DNA of 64,000 bases from an uncultured bacterium (GTDB taxonomy: Bacteria > Deinococcota > Deinococci > Deinococcales > Trueperaceae): contig CAYMRL010000002.1 of assembly GCA_964392895.1 (NCBI GenBank), positions 436,295 to 500,294 of the forward strand. Reading direction: 5' to 3'. The first letter of the stretch is position 1. Each line of letters opens with the position of its first letter. The notes beneath the pieces are model-generated. The model had not been told where the DNA came from. It saw nothing but the letters and a program-made list of their open reading frames with translations, and ran no database searches. The position numbers and the translations under genes are program-made. Positions 1 through 11,001 of this stretch are shown piece after piece.

Positions 1-221
1 CGCGCGTCGGGCGCGTGGTGCTCGTCAGCGAGGCTCCGCGCACCGCGGGGTTCATCAGCGAGGTCGCGGCCACCATCAGCGAAGAGGTCATGGATTCTCT
101 GCTCGCGCCGCCGCTGCGCGTGACGGGCTTCGACACCCCCTACCCTTACGCGCAAGACCGCGAGTACCTGCCTGGGCCGAATCGCATCCTCAAGGCCGTG
201 CAGCGCGTGCTCGATTACTAG
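1..221 (+). CDS. 2-oxo acid (pyruvate/branched-chain) dehydrogenase E1 component beta subunit, C-terminal fragment (5' end lies outside the window)
   Basis: ORF ends ...[42 protein letters not shown], typical of the transketolase-like C-terminal domain of E1beta. It sits immediately upstream of an E2 gene, with a GAGGAG RBS following its stop. Confidence 0.75.
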   Translation, partial: RVGRVVLVSEAPRTAGFISEVAATISEEVMDSLLAPPLRVTGFDTPYPYAQDREYLPGPNRILKAVQRVLDY

Positions 222-232
222 AGGAGCGCTGA

Positions 233-1669
233 ATGTCGCGAGAGATGCTGCTGCCTGAGCTCGCAGAGTCCGTCGTCGAGGGCGAGATCGTGCGTTGGCT
301 CGTCGCCGAGGGCGAGAGCGTCGGCAAGGACCAAGCGGTCGTCGAGGTCATGACCGACAAGGTGACGGTCGAGCTGCCGGCCCCGTTCGCCGGAGTGCTC
401 GAGAAGCACCTGGCTGCCGAGGGCGACATCGTCAAGGTTCATCAGCCGATAGCGCGGTTCGCCAACGCCAACGCCGACGCAGTCGGCGCTGGCGCCAGCG
501 CCACCGAGACCGCGAGGTCCGTGGCCCCGCCGGTTCAGGACGACGGCGAGCCCGATGACGGCGACAAGCTGAGCCTGTTCAAACCCGGTGCGGGAGGCGG
601 TGACATCACGGTAACGCTGCGCTCTCCGTCGCGTGCCGGACCGAGCAGCGTCGTGGCCGACCCGCCGCCGTCGCCTCGCGCCGCACCGGCGCCGGCGCCC
701 GCCGTCGCGCGCGCTAACCCTCCCTCGGTCGGCCGCGGCGCCTACGGCCGCGTGCTGGCTGTCCCTGCTGCACGCAAGCTCGCGCGCGAGCTCGGGGTGG
801 ACGTCGAACAGGTCCTTGGCAGCGGTCCGCACGGACGCGTCAGAGTCGACGACGTCAAGCAACACGTCAGCGGTGGGATCGCCGCTGCTCCTGCGCGCAC
901 CGCCGACGTCTCGACTCAGCGCGGTCCCGTGGCTCCTTCCCGCCACGCCTGGCCGGAAGCCGACGGCGTCGAGGAACGCACGCCCTTCCGCGGCATCCGG
1001 CGCGCCATCGCCAACCAGATGGTCGCCTCGCACCTGCAGACGGTCAGGACGCTGCACGTCGACGAGGCGGACGTCACTGCGCTTGTCAACCTCCGCGAAC
1101 GCCTCAAGCCCGTGGCTGCCAGGCGCGGCGTGAAGCTCTCGTACCTACCGTTCGTGATGAAGGCCGTCGCGGCCGCGCTGGCCGAGTTCCCCAGCCTCAA
1201 CTCGAGCCTGGACGAGGACAAGGGCGAGGTCGTGCTGAAGCGCTACTGCAACCTCGGCATGGCCGTCGCGACCGACAACGGCCTCGTCGTGCCGGTGGTG
1301 AAGGGTGTCCACCGCCTCTCGCTCCTGGAGGTGGCCAACGAGATCAACAGGCTCGCCGCCGCTGCGCGTGACGGCACGCTGAAGCCCGAGGATGTCAGAG
1401 GCGGCACGTTCTCAGTCACCAACATCGGCAGCCTCGGCGGGCTCTTCTCGTTCCCTATCATCAACACGCCCGAGGCCGCCATCCTCGGCGTGCACCAGAT
1501 CAAGAAGCGGCCGGTCGTCATGCCGGACGACAGCATCGCGGCGCGGTCGATGATCTACCTGAGCCTGTCGTTCGATCACCGGCTCGTCGACGGCGCCGAG
1601 GGGGCGATGTTCACCAGCCGCGTGATAGAGCTGCTCGAGACGCCCGAGGCGCTGTTCCTGGATCTCTGA
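233..1669 (+). CDS. Dihydrolipoamide acyltransferase (E2) of a 2-oxo acid dehydrogenase complex
   Basis: N-terminal lipoyl domain (VEVMTDKVTVELPAP), Ala/Pro-rich linkers, an E3-binding region (AVPAARKLARELGVD) and a catalytic domain with the DHRLVDG motif. ATG at 233 follows a GAGGAG RBS. Confidence 0.85.
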   Translation: MSREMLLPELAESVVEGEIVRWLVAEGESVGKDQAVVEVMTDKVTVELPAPFAGVLEKHLAAEGDIVKVHQPIARFANANADAVGAGASATETARSVAPPVQDDGEPDDGDKLSLFKPGAGGGDITVTLRSPSRAGPSSVVADPPPSPRAAPAPAPAVARANPPSVGRGAYGRVLAVPAARKLARELGVDVEQVLGSGPHGRVRVDDVKQHVSGGIAAAPARTADVSTQRGPVAPSRHAWPEADGVEERTPFRGIRRAIANQMVASHLQTVRTLHVDEADVTALVNLRERLKPVAARRGVKLSYLPFVMKAVAAALAEFPSLNSSLDEDKGEVVLKRYCNLGMAVATDNGLVVPVVKGVHRLSLLEVANEINRLAAAARDGTLKPEDVRGGTFSVTNIGSLGGLFSFPIINTPEAAILGVHQIKKRPVVMPDDSIAARSMIYLSLSFDHRLVDGAEGAMFTSRVIELLETPEALFLDL

Positions 1670-1672
1670 GCC

Positions 1673-2071
1673 CTAGAGCTCGACGACATCCAGGACGCTC
1701 TCCAGCGCCTTGAAGTCCTTCACGTTCCGCGTGCCGAGCGCCATCTCGCGACTGATTGCGGTTGCAGCGATCATCATGTCGACTCTGCGCAAGCGACTGA
1801 GAGTTCCTCCTCCAGCGGTGATGGCTTGGCACACAGTGCGATAGACCTGAGATTCGCGGTCGGCGAACGGTAACCCGGGCCCGTAGAGGCTGCGGACGTT
1901 GTGGAGCTGCAAGCCTGCCTGCACCGCGATCTTGGCATCCGAGGAGAACTCGCCCTCGGCGAGCTCCGCGTAGCAGATAGCCGAGGTGTAGAAGCGTGCG
2001 TTCGGATAGCGTGCCACTGCCTCCGGACGCAGGCCAGTGATCAGAAGGTTCGTATCGAGCAGAACCTTCAT
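1673..2071 (-). CDS. vapC: PIN-domain toxin VapC
   Basis: 132 aa starting MKVLLDTNLLI with acidic PIN residues. Overlaps the upstream antitoxin gene by 4 nt. Confidence 0.75.
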   Translation of the reverse strand: MKVLLDTNLLITGLRPEAVARYPNARFYTSAICYAELAEGEFSSDAKIAVQAGLQLHNVRSLYGPGLPFADRESQVYRTVCQAITAGGGTLSRLRRVDMMIAATAISREMALGTRNVKDFKALESVLDVVEL

Positions 2072-2367
2072 TCGCGGTCTGGGGAGCCGATCGTGCCCGA
2101 GGCGTCTCTGCCTGCTTCGAGCATCTCGAGCAGCGCCCTTGTCGTTGCGTCATCGCGCTCGATCGCGAAAGAAGCTGCGAGCACCTGCTCGGCGGTAGCG
2201 CCGCCGGTCAGGTCGCTAGTGGCTTTGGCTATCACGACAGATGTGGCTCGCCCCTGCACCGTCACCATGTACTCGCCCTCGCCCGCCTCGACCTCGCGGA
2301 CGATTCTTGAGGCGTGCTGCTGCAACTCTCGAACCCCGATAGGCTTCACCCTTAAATCGTAGCACAT
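2068..2367 (-). CDS. vapB: Phd/YefM-type antitoxin (VapB partner of VapC)
   Basis: IGVRELQQHASRIVREVEAGEGEYMVTVQGRATSVVIA matches the Phd/YefM N-terminal fold. The start is ambiguous: ATG at 2367 or GTG at 2349. Confidence 0.65.
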   Translation of the reverse strand: MCYDLRVKPIGVRELQQHASRIVREVEAGEGEYMVTVQGRATSVVIAKATSDLTGGATAEQVLAASFAIERDDATTRALLEMLEAGRDASGTIGSPDRE

Positions 2368-2397
2368 CTACGTAAAACTACGTATCCTTGCCTGGTC

Positions 2398-2439
2398 CAG
2401 AACGAAACAAAGGATGGTGGTCAGTAGCGACCACCATCC
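2398..2439 (-). terminator. Rho-independent terminator downstream of ppdK
   Basis: Perfect 11-bp inverted repeat GGATGGTGGTC-AGTAGC-GACCACCATCC at 2412-2439. On the minus strand it is followed by TTTGTTTCGTT. Confidence 0.6.
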
Positions 2440-2485
2440 CAGCTGCTTACTTGATCTCAGCGACGCCCCTAGAACACCACTCCGG

Positions 2486-5275
2486 CTAAGCCGTCACGAG
2501 CTCCTTGGCCGGCTCGGTAGGAACCGGCTCCGGCTCCGAGGGGTGCCTGCCACGCATCTCGCCACGCCCGAACTTCAGAGCCGCGTGCGCAGCGGCCAAC
2601 CGCGCCACCGGCACCCTGAAGGGCGAGCAGCTCACGTAGTCGAGGCCCAGCCTGTGGCACAGCTCGATGGAGGTCGGGTCGCCGCCGTGCTCGCCGCAGA
2701 TGCCTACCTCGAGGTCGGGCCTGACCTTGCGGCCGAGCTGCGTCGCGATCTCCATCAGCTTGCCGACGCCGCGCGGGTCGATGCGGTCGAAGGGGTTCTC
2801 CTCGAGGACGCCGTGCTCGAGGTAGTACATCAGGAAGCCCTTCTCGGCGTCGTCGCGCGAGACCCCGTAGGCGGTCTGCGTCAGGTCGTTGGTGCCGAAG
2901 CTGAAGAACTGCGCGTGCTCGGCCAGCTCGTCGGCGATCAGGGCCGCGCGCGGCACCTCGATCATCGTGCCGAAGTGGTAGTCGACCTTCACGCCGGTCT
3001 CCGCCATCACGGCGGCAGCCTCGGCCTCGAGGCTCTGGCGTTGCACCGTGAGCTCGTTGACGTGAGCGACCAGCGGGATCATCACCTCGGGGTGGACGTC
3101 GACACCCTCGCGCTTCACCTGGCAGGCCGCCTCGAAGATGGCGCGCACCTGCATCTTGGTCAGCTCGGGTATCAGGATGCCGAGGCGCACGCCGCGGGTG
3201 CCGAGCATCGGGTTCGCCTCGCGCAGCTCGGTTACGCGCACCAGGTGGTCCTGCTTCTGCCTGATGACGCTCAGGGCGCTGTCGACGTCGCGCAGCGTCG
3301 CGTGGTGCTGCAGCTGCATCTTCAGGTCGGCGAGGTCGTGGGTGAGCTCGTCGTGCGACGGCAGGAACTCGTGCAGCGGCGGGTCGATCAGGCGGATTAT
3401 CACCGGCAGGGCGTCCATCGCGCGGAACAGGCCGACGAAGTCCTGCCGCTGCATCGGCAGCAGCTCCTCGAGAGCTTCGGCGCGTTCGGTCGTGTTGCGG
3501 GCCATGATCATGCGCTGCACGATCGGCAGTCTGTCGGCCTCGAAGAACATGTGCTCGGTGCGGACCAGCCCGAGACCCTCTGCGCCGTTGGCGCGGGCGC
3601 GCTCAGCGTCGGCGGGGTAGTCGGCGTTGGCCCTGATGCCGAGGCTGCGGATCTCGTCGGCCCAGCCGAGCAGCCTGGTCAGGTACGGGTTGGTGATGTC
3701 GGGGACGACCGTCGGCAGCTTGCCGAGGTAGACGTCGCCGAGGGTGCCGTCGACCGAGATGTGGTCGCCCTCCTTGATGACGAGCCCGTCGACCGTCATC
3801 TGGCGGGCCGTCAGGTCGATCTCCAGCGCCGCTATACCGACGACAGCCGGCTTGCCGAACTGGCGCGCGACCAGAGCCGCGTGGCTGGTGCGTCCGCCGC
3901 TGCTGGTGACGATGCCGTTGGCGGCGAGCATGCCGTGAACGTCGTCAGGCTTGGTCTCCGGCCGCACCATGATCACGTCGCGGCCGTCGACCTTCGCCCA
4001 GCGCTCGGCGGTGTCGGCGTCGAAAGCGACCATGCCGACAGCCGCTCCCGGCGAGACGTTGAGGCCGCGCGCCAGCAGGCGCGCCTCCTGGCGGGCCTTG
4101 GTATCGAGTTGCGGGTGCAGGAAGTAGTCGATCTGGTCGGGCTTGACGCGCTTGACGGCCGTCTCGCGGTCGATCAGGCTCTCCTCGACCATGTCGACGG
4201 CGATCTTGACCTCGGCCTGCGCGGTGCGCTTGCCGTCGCGGGTCTGCAGGACCCAGAGCTTGCCGTGCTCGACCGTGAACTCCATGTCCTGCATGTTGCG
4301 GTAGTGCTTCTCGAGCCGCCGCGCGATGCTGGCGAACTCCTCGTAAGCCTGCGGCATCACGACCTTGAGATCGTCTAAGTCCTTGGTCGGGCGTATGCCT
4401 GCCACCACGTCCTCGCCCTGAGCGTTGACGAGGAAGTCGCCCTCGATGTGGTTCTCACCGGTGGTGGCGTTGCGGCTCATCGCGACGCCCGTCGCGCAGT
4501 CGTCGCCCATGTTGCCGAACACCATCGTCTGGATGTTGACGGCGGTGCCGAGGTCGTGGCGGATGCCGGCGGCGTTGCGGTAGTCGATCGCGCGCTTGCC
4601 GTTCCACGACCTGAAGACCGCCTCGGTCGCGAGCTTGAGCTGCTCGAGCGGCTCCTCGGGGAAGTCGGTGCCGGTGTAGGTCTTGACGATCTCCTTGAAC
4701 TTGCGGGTCGTCTCTTTCCAGTCGGCGGCGGAGAGCTCGGCGTCGCTGGCGACACCGGCCGCCTTGCGCTTGGCGGTGATGACCGCCTCGAACACCTCGT
4801 CGGGCACACCCAACACGACCGAGCCGAACATCTGCACCAAGCGGCGGTACGAGTCGTAGACGAAGCGCGGTTCGGCTGTCAGCGCGATCAACCCGCTGGC
4901 GACCTCGTCGTTGAGGCCGATATTGAGGATGGTGTCCATCATCCCCGGCATCGAGAACTTGGCGCCGGAGCGGCACGAGACCAGCAGCGGGCGCTCCGCG
5001 ACGCCGAACGCCTTACCGGTCAACTTCTCGACGCGCCTGAGCGCCTCGAGCTCCTGCTCCCACATTCCTTCGGGAAAGCGCTCGCCGGCTGCCAGGTAGG
5101 CGTTGCAGGCCTCGGTCGTCACCGTGAAGCCGGGAGGCACGGGCACGCCCAGGCGTGTCATGTCGCCCAAGTTCGCCCCCTTGCCGCCCAGCAGCGCGCG
5201 CGCTCCGTCCCAATCACCAGCGAGCGCTTCGGCTTCGCTCACCTGATCGAACAGGTAGACCCACTTCTTGCTCAT
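2486..5275 (-). CDS. ppdK: Pyruvate, phosphate dikinase
   Basis: 929 aa starting MSKKWVYLFDQV..GGKGANLGDMTRLGVPVPPGFTVTTEACN, with the central phosphohistidine domain (TSHAAL) and the C-terminal PEP-utilizing domain. Confidence 0.9.
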   Translation of the reverse strand: MSKKWVYLFDQVSEAEALAGDWDGARALLGGKGANLGDMTRLGVPVPPGFTVTTEACNAYLAAGERFPEGMWEQELEALRRVEKLTGKAFGVAERPLLVSCRSGAKFSMPGMMDTILNIGLNDEVASGLIALTAEPRFVYDSYRRLVQMFGSVVLGVPDEVFEAVITAKRKAAGVASDAELSAADWKETTRKFKEIVKTYTGTDFPEEPLEQLKLATEAVFRSWNGKRAIDYRNAAGIRHDLGTAVNIQTMVFGNMGDDCATGVAMSRNATTGENHIEGDFLVNAQGEDVVAGIRPTKDLDDLKVVMPQAYEEFASIARRLEKHYRNMQDMEFTVEHGKLWVLQTRDGKRTAQAEVKIAVDMVEESLIDRETAVKRVKPDQIDYFLHPQLDTKARQEARLLARGLNVSPGAAVGMVAFDADTAERWAKVDGRDVIMVRPETKPDDVHGMLAANGIVTSSGGRTSHAALVARQFGKPAVVGIAALEIDLTARQMTVDGLVIKEGDHISVDGTLGDVYLGKLPTVVPDITNPYLTRLLGWADEIRSLGIRANADYPADAERARANGAEGLGLVRTEHMFFEADRLPIVQRMIMARNTTERAEALEELLPMQRQDFVGLFRAMDALPVIIRLIDPPLHEFLPSHDELTHDLADLKMQLQHHATLRDVDSALSVIRQKQDHLVRVTELREANPMLGTRGVRLGILIPELTKMQVRAIFEAACQVKREGVDVHPEVMIPLVAHVNELTVQRQSLEAEAAAVMAETGVKVDYHFGTMIEVPRAALIADELAEHAQFFSFGTNDLTQTAYGVSRDDAEKGFLMYYLEHGVLEENPFDRIDPRGVGKLMEIATQLGRKVRPDLEVGICGEHGGDPTSIELCHRLGLDYVSCSPFRVPVARLAAAHAALKFGRGEMRGRHPSEPEPVPTEPAKELVTA

Positions 5276-5479
5276 GGCTCGGCCTCGCCTTCCCGGACTG
5301 CCGGGCGGGCACGAGCAGGGCCCGCTGCGGCGAACGCGCGGGCGGCCTCAGTGATGATGTGGAGTCGCGGCTGACGCGCGTGTCCGTCCAGGCAAGGATA
5401 AGAGCGCGCCGCAGCGCGCTCTCAGTGCCTAACGTCCCGCTTCTAACGCATCGCGAGCGGCGCGGCGCTCACGCCGGCG

Positions 5480-6337
5480 TCACTCAGCCGGCGGGTAGTC
5501 GAAGGAGGTGATCAGCCTGTCGGTGAAGCTCAGACCCGTGAGCTCCTCGGCCGTGAACGTCCCTTCGAAGGTCCGGAAGCTGGCGTCGCCCATGCGCACG
5601 GTCACGACGTACTTGGTCTCGGCATTACCGCAGGCGGAGTACTGGTTGACGACGACCTGGAACGAACCCGTCGGAGGCGTGCTGCCGGCCCAGGTGACGT
5701 TCTCGGTGCGCTTGTCGGAGCCGCCGCAAGCGGAGTTGGAGTCGAGGTCGAGCGTGCCACCGGACTCGACGTCGCGGTTGCCCCAGTAGACCCAGTCTCC
5801 CGCCGGGTCCTGCACCAGCAGATCGAGGTCGCTCGGCACGTCCCAGGAGAGGCTGATCTGCAGCTCACCGGTGCCGACGCCTTCGACGGCCACGCCGTGC
5901 GACGCGGCAGTGCCGGCGCCGTTACCGTTGCCCACCGCGAAGCTCAGGATGTAAGACGGCTCGTTCAGATCGGGCGAGAAGTTGAGGACGATGTCCTGCG
6001 ACTCGGTCTCCTCGACCTGGATCTCGTAGTAGTCGGGTGTGCCGGTCACCGAGACGTAGATGGTCGTGAACGGAGCCGAGCCGGAGATGCTGAACAGAGC
6101 GCTGCCGCCGGGGATGATCGTCTCGGCGCCGGTAACCGAGGCGTCAGGGGCCTCGGGGTCCGAGTCGGGCACGCCCGTTTGGAGGGTGCCGCTGATCTCG
6201 TCGGCGGTCGCGCCCGAGACTATGGTCTGCACGTTCGGAGGAGTCTGAGGCGATGAGCAGGCTGCCAGCAGTGTGATCAGCGCGGTGAGCATCACTCCGG
6301 CGGCGTACCGCGGAAGGTCATGGCGTTGGTTGGTCAT
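5480..6337 (-). CDS. Hypothetical secreted lipoprotein
   Basis: Signal peptide with a lipobox (LLAACSS). Gly/Ser/Thr-rich with two SACG(G/N) motifs. No recognisable family. Confidence 0.55.
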   Translation of the reverse strand: MTNQRHDLPRYAAGVMLTALITLLAACSSPQTPPNVQTIVSGATADEISGTLQTGVPDSDPEAPDASVTGAETIIPGGSALFSISGSAPFTTIYVSVTGTPDYYEIQVEETESQDIVLNFSPDLNEPSYILSFAVGNGNGAGTAASHGVAVEGVGTGELQISLSWDVPSDLDLLVQDPAGDWVYWGNRDVESGGTLDLDSNSACGGSDKRTENVTWAGSTPPTGSFQVVVNQYSACGNAETKYVVTVRMGDASFRTFEGTFTAEELTGLSFTDRLITSFDYPPAE

Positions 6338-6571
6338 TCGAGTCCGTTCTCCTTGCTTCTGGTGCCCGGGTCGGTAATCGCTCTGCGTTCGGCGGGTCGG
6401 CCATCAACGAGCAGCCACGAGCGCTGTCTGTCGCGGCAGGATTGTACGCCCCTTAGATGAGCGCAGTCTGTTGAGACCGGCAGGGGTTGGAAACCGCGCT
6501 TTGAGCTCTTCGTCGGCCCGACGACTTGCGCGGCACGCGCTTGGGCCGCTGCCGCACGTAAAATCGGCCCA

Positions 6572-8374
6572 GTGAAGCGCTCCGACCTCCCGGTACTGCC
6601 GACCGGGCCCGGCTGTTACCTGTTCATCGACCTCAGCGGCAAGGTCGTCTACGTCGGCAAGGCTGTCAACCTGCGCAGCCGTGTGCGGTCGTACTTCGGC
6701 AGGCATACGGGTCAGAAAGAGCGGTACCTGACGCGCGACGCCGCTACGCTCGAGTTCATCGTCGTCAACGACGAGGTCGAGGCGCTGATCCTCGAGTCGA
6801 ACCTGATCAAGCGCCACAAGCCGCACTACAACGTCCAGCTCAAGGACGATAAGAGCTACCCGTTCCTGAAGCTGACCAAGGAGGCGTACCCGACGCTCGT
6901 GATGACGCGGCGCGTCGAGAAGGACGGCGCCACCTACTTCGGTCCCTACCCGAGCGCCGGTTCCGTGAGGCGCGTCCTAGACCTCGTCTACAGCACGTTC
7001 AAGCTGCGCAAGAACTCGGGTGTGCCGCTGGCGACGCGCAAACGGCCCTGCCTCAGGTACCACATGGGCCGCTGCCTGGCGCCGTGCGCCATGGAGGTAG
7101 AGGCCGCCGAGTACGCCAAGGTCGTGCGCGAGGTGAAGGCGTTCCTGGAGGGCCGCGTCGGCGGCGTCATCGAGGACCTGCGCGCCGAGATGCTGGCGGC
7201 AGCGGCCAGGCAGGACTTCGAGCTGGCCGGCACCTACCGCGACAGGCTCGACGCCCTCACGCGCCTGACCGGTTACGACGCCAGCGTCGTCCAGTCGGCC
7301 GGCGGCGACCTCGACTTCCTCGGTCTCGCCAAGGCCGGCAACTTCGCGATGGTGCAGCTCTTCCAGATGCGCTCTGGCCGGGTCATCGGGCGAGACAAGC
7401 GCTTCCTGACTCAGGCGGCGGACGCCTCCGACGCCGAGGTGCTCGAGCGCATGATGGTCGACTACTACGCTCAAGCCACCCAGCTGCCGCCGCTGGTGCT
7501 GGTGCCGGACACGGCCGAGCTCGACGTCGAGACCTGGGAGCGCTTCCTCAGCGGCAGGGCCGGGCGCAGGGTGAAGATCTCGAGTCCGCAGCGCGGCGAC
7601 AAGGTCGCGCTGATGGAGATGGCGCAGCGCAACGCCGTCACGGGTGTGGAGGCTGAGATAGCTCTGCTGGAGCGCCGCGGTGAGACGCCGGGCGTCAAGG
7701 AGCTGCAGCAGCTGCTAGGGCTCGAGTCGCCGCCGTGGCGCATCGAGGGCTTCGACATCTCGAACCTGATGGGCGAGCACACCGTCGCCAGCATCGTCTC
7801 GTTCGAGGGTGGCAGGGCCAAGCGCAGCGACTACCGCAAGCTCCGCATCCGCGACGCCAGGGCATCGGACGACTTCTACGCCATGCGCCAGGCCGTGCTC
7901 AGACGCTTCACCGGCTCGCTCGCCGACACGCTTCCTCAGCCCGACCTGCTGCTCATCGACGGCGGCAAGGGTCAGATCGGCATGGCGAAGAGCGCACTGG
8001 CGGAGGCGGGGGTGGACGTGCCGCTCGTCGGCCTCGCCAAGAAGCAGGAGACGCTCATCACGGCTGCCGGTGAGGAGGTCCTCGTGCCGCTGAGCCACCC
8101 CGGCCTCAAGCTGCTCATTCACGTGCGCGACGAGGCGCACCGCACCGCCGTCGGCTACAACAGGCAGCGTCGCGGCAAGGCGCTGACGCGCAGCGTGCTC
8201 GACGACGTGCCAGGCATCGGACCCAAGCGCAGGGACGCCTTGCTGGCGCACTTCTCGAGCGTCGACGAGCTGCGCGGCGCCGACCTGGAGACGCTGGCGG
8301 CGGTTCCAGGGGTCGGACGCTCAGCGGCCGAGGCCGTCAGGGAGCACTTTGCGCTGGAGGCGAAGGCTCGGTAG
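6572..8374 (+). CDS. uvrC: Excinuclease ABC subunit C
   Basis: GIY-YIG N-terminus (GCYLFIDLSGKVVYVGKAVNLRSRVRSYF), UvrBC domain and C-terminal RNaseH-like/HhH regions. GTG start at 6572. Confidence 0.9.
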   Translation: MKRSDLPVLPTGPGCYLFIDLSGKVVYVGKAVNLRSRVRSYFGRHTGQKERYLTRDAATLEFIVVNDEVEALILESNLIKRHKPHYNVQLKDDKSYPFLKLTKEAYPTLVMTRRVEKDGATYFGPYPSAGSVRRVLDLVYSTFKLRKNSGVPLATRKRPCLRYHMGRCLAPCAMEVEAAEYAKVVREVKAFLEGRVGGVIEDLRAEMLAAAARQDFELAGTYRDRLDALTRLTGYDASVVQSAGGDLDFLGLAKAGNFAMVQLFQMRSGRVIGRDKRFLTQAADASDAEVLERMMVDYYAQATQLPPLVLVPDTAELDVETWERFLSGRAGRRVKISSPQRGDKVALMEMAQRNAVTGVEAEIALLERRGETPGVKELQQLLGLESPPWRIEGFDISNLMGEHTVASIVSFEGGRAKRSDYRKLRIRDARASDDFYAMRQAVLRRFTGSLADTLPQPDLLLIDGGKGQIGMAKSALAEAGVDVPLVGLAKKQETLITAAGEEVLVPLSHPGLKLLIHVRDEAHRTAVGYNRQRRGKALTRSVLDDVPGIGPKRRDALLAHFSSVDELRGADLETLAAVPGVGRSAAEAVREHFALEAKAR

Positions 8375-8963
8375 CCGGCGGGTTCGACTCGCTCTGCTTC
8401 GCCTCCGCCCAGGCCGAGCGCGACAGCTCCATGTGGACGTCGACGCGGCCGGTGTGCTCGACGCGGCGTCTCACCTCGAGGAAGCCGACCTTCTTGAACG
8501 CGCGTTGCGCGCGTTCGTTGTCGCCGAACGTGTTGAGCGTGACGGTCTCTAGGCCCAGGACCGTGAACGCGTACGACAGCAGGGCCTTCATCGCCTCGGG
8601 TCCGTAACCCGCCGACCAGTGGCTGCGCTCGCCGATGATGATCCCGAGCGTGGCGCGGCGGCCACGGAGGTCGTAGAGCTCGGTCGTGCCGATGAACTCA
8701 TCGCGTTCGTCGAAGATCCCGAAGGTCGCCCTGTCGATGCGGCGTGAATCGGTGCGCAACAGGCGCTTGAGCAGCCACAGCGGCATCCGGTTCGGCGGCG
8801 TGCCGTTGAGATGAGCGATCTCGGGGTCGCGGAAGTGGCTCTGTAGCCGCCGCCAATCTGACTCCGAGAACTCATCGAGCGGCCTGAGGGTCACTCGGCC
8901 GTACGCCGGTCGCATGTGAACGAGTTTACTCCCGCAGGAGCGATCTTCCGGCGCCGGCCTCAC
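8337..8963 (-). CDS. GNAT family N-acetyltransferase (RimJ/RimL-like)
   Basis: 208 aa with acetyl-CoA-binding-like motifs (FGDNERAQRAFKKVGF). Convergent with uvrC, overlapping its 3' end by 38 nt. Confidence 0.7.
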   Translation of the reverse strand: MRPAPEDRSCGSKLVHMRPAYGRVTLRPLDEFSESDWRRLQSHFRDPEIAHLNGTPPNRMPLWLLKRLLRTDSRRIDRATFGIFDERDEFIGTTELYDLRGRRATLGIIIGERSHWSAGYGPEAMKALLSYAFTVLGLETVTLNTFGDNERAQRAFKKVGFLEVRRRVEHTGRVDVHMELSRSAWAEAKQSESNPPATEPSPPAQSAP

Positions 8964-9044
8964 AGCCGTGGCTATACTGCCCGTTGCTACCAGGCGCTTG
9001 GCCGCGGAACGTCAACCGGAGCCGATCGGCGCGAGAGGAGTCAC

Positions 9045-10016
<972 letters not shown>

Positions 10017-10037
10017 CCCACCGAGCGTGATCACGCC

Positions 10038-10922
10038 ATGATCTCCGGCCGCAGCCGCGCCATCCTGGACAGGTACGCGCTGGCTTCGCGCTCGCTGAGC
10101 CGCCTGACCGGCGAGCGCAGCAGCACCGAGGCCGGGCAGAGCGTCGAGTTCCACGACTTCAGGCCCTACCAGCCCGGCGATGAGCTGCGCTACGTCGATT
10201 GGCGCGTCTACGCGCGCAGCGGCAGGCTCTACACACGCCTCTACCAGGCCGAGCGTGCGGTGCAGCTCCACCTGGTGCTCGACACCAGCGCCAGCATGGG
10301 CCTCGGCCGCAAGGCGCGCTTCGCTAGGACGCTGGTGCAACTGCTCAGCTACGTCGCGCAGCGCGACGCACCCACACAGCTCCACCTGCTCGACGGCACC
10401 AGCAGCCGGCGCGCGCAGGGTCTCAGCGGGATGCGCGAGACGTGGCGCTTCGTCGAGGAGGCCAAGGTGCTGACCGGCGCCGACATCGGGCCGGTCACCG
10501 GCCTCAAGCGCTTCGCGCTCTCGCTGCCGTCGATGCGGGGCAGCGCGCTGGCGCTGGTGGTCTCTGACCTGCTCGAGGACGCTCCACTGCAGCCCGCGCT
10601 CGCCGCGCTGAGGGCCAGGGGCATGGACGCCGGCTTCATCCAACTGCTGTCGGAAGACGACCTCGAGCCGCAGCTCGGCAGCTTCGAGCTTCACGACGTC
10701 GAGACGGGCGAGCGCCTGCCGGTAGGCCCCGAGGACGTCGCCGCCTACCGGGAGGAGGCGTCGGCCTTCGTGAGACGCACCCGCTCGGCGATCCTCAAGG
10801 CCGGCTTCAGGCACCTGCTGCTGAAGCTGCCGCGCGAGGAGGCCGGCGCCAGAAGCGGCGGCGATGTCGAGCGCGACGCCTTCGCGGCCCTGGTGCGCGA
10901 GGCTCTGCTGGTCAAGCGTTGA
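10038..10922 (+). CDS. DUF58 (vWA-like) protein, MoxR partner
   Basis: The DFRPYQPGDELRYVDWRVYARSGRLYTRLYQAE motif is characteristic of DUF58. Immediately downstream of MoxR. Confidence 0.7.
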   Translation: MISGRSRAILDRYALASRSLSRLTGERSSTEAGQSVEFHDFRPYQPGDELRYVDWRVYARSGRLYTRLYQAERAVQLHLVLDTSASMGLGRKARFARTLVQLLSYVAQRDAPTQLHLLDGTSSRRAQGLSGMRETWRFVEEAKVLTGADIGPVTGLKRFALSLPSMRGSALALVVSDLLEDAPLQPALAALRARGMDAGFIQLLSEDDLEPQLGSFELHDVETGERLPVGPEDVAAYREEASAFVRRTRSAILKAGFRHLLLKLPREEAGARSGGDVERDAFAALVREALLVKR

Positions 10923-11001
10923 GCGCGGGCTGAGACGTAGCAGAGCGGCTAGTGGCGAATCCGCTCGCTTTCGGCGGGTGGCGTCGCTACCATCGAGCGC
11001 G

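Noticed and set aside
2414-4378. 654-aa plus-strand ORF antisense to ppdK. Similar long antisense ORFs lie opposite alaS, malQ and the liv genes.
   Set aside because: Low-complexity Arg/Ala/Gly-rich translations typical of shadow ORFs in high-GC DNA. The opposite strand encodes well-conserved proteins.
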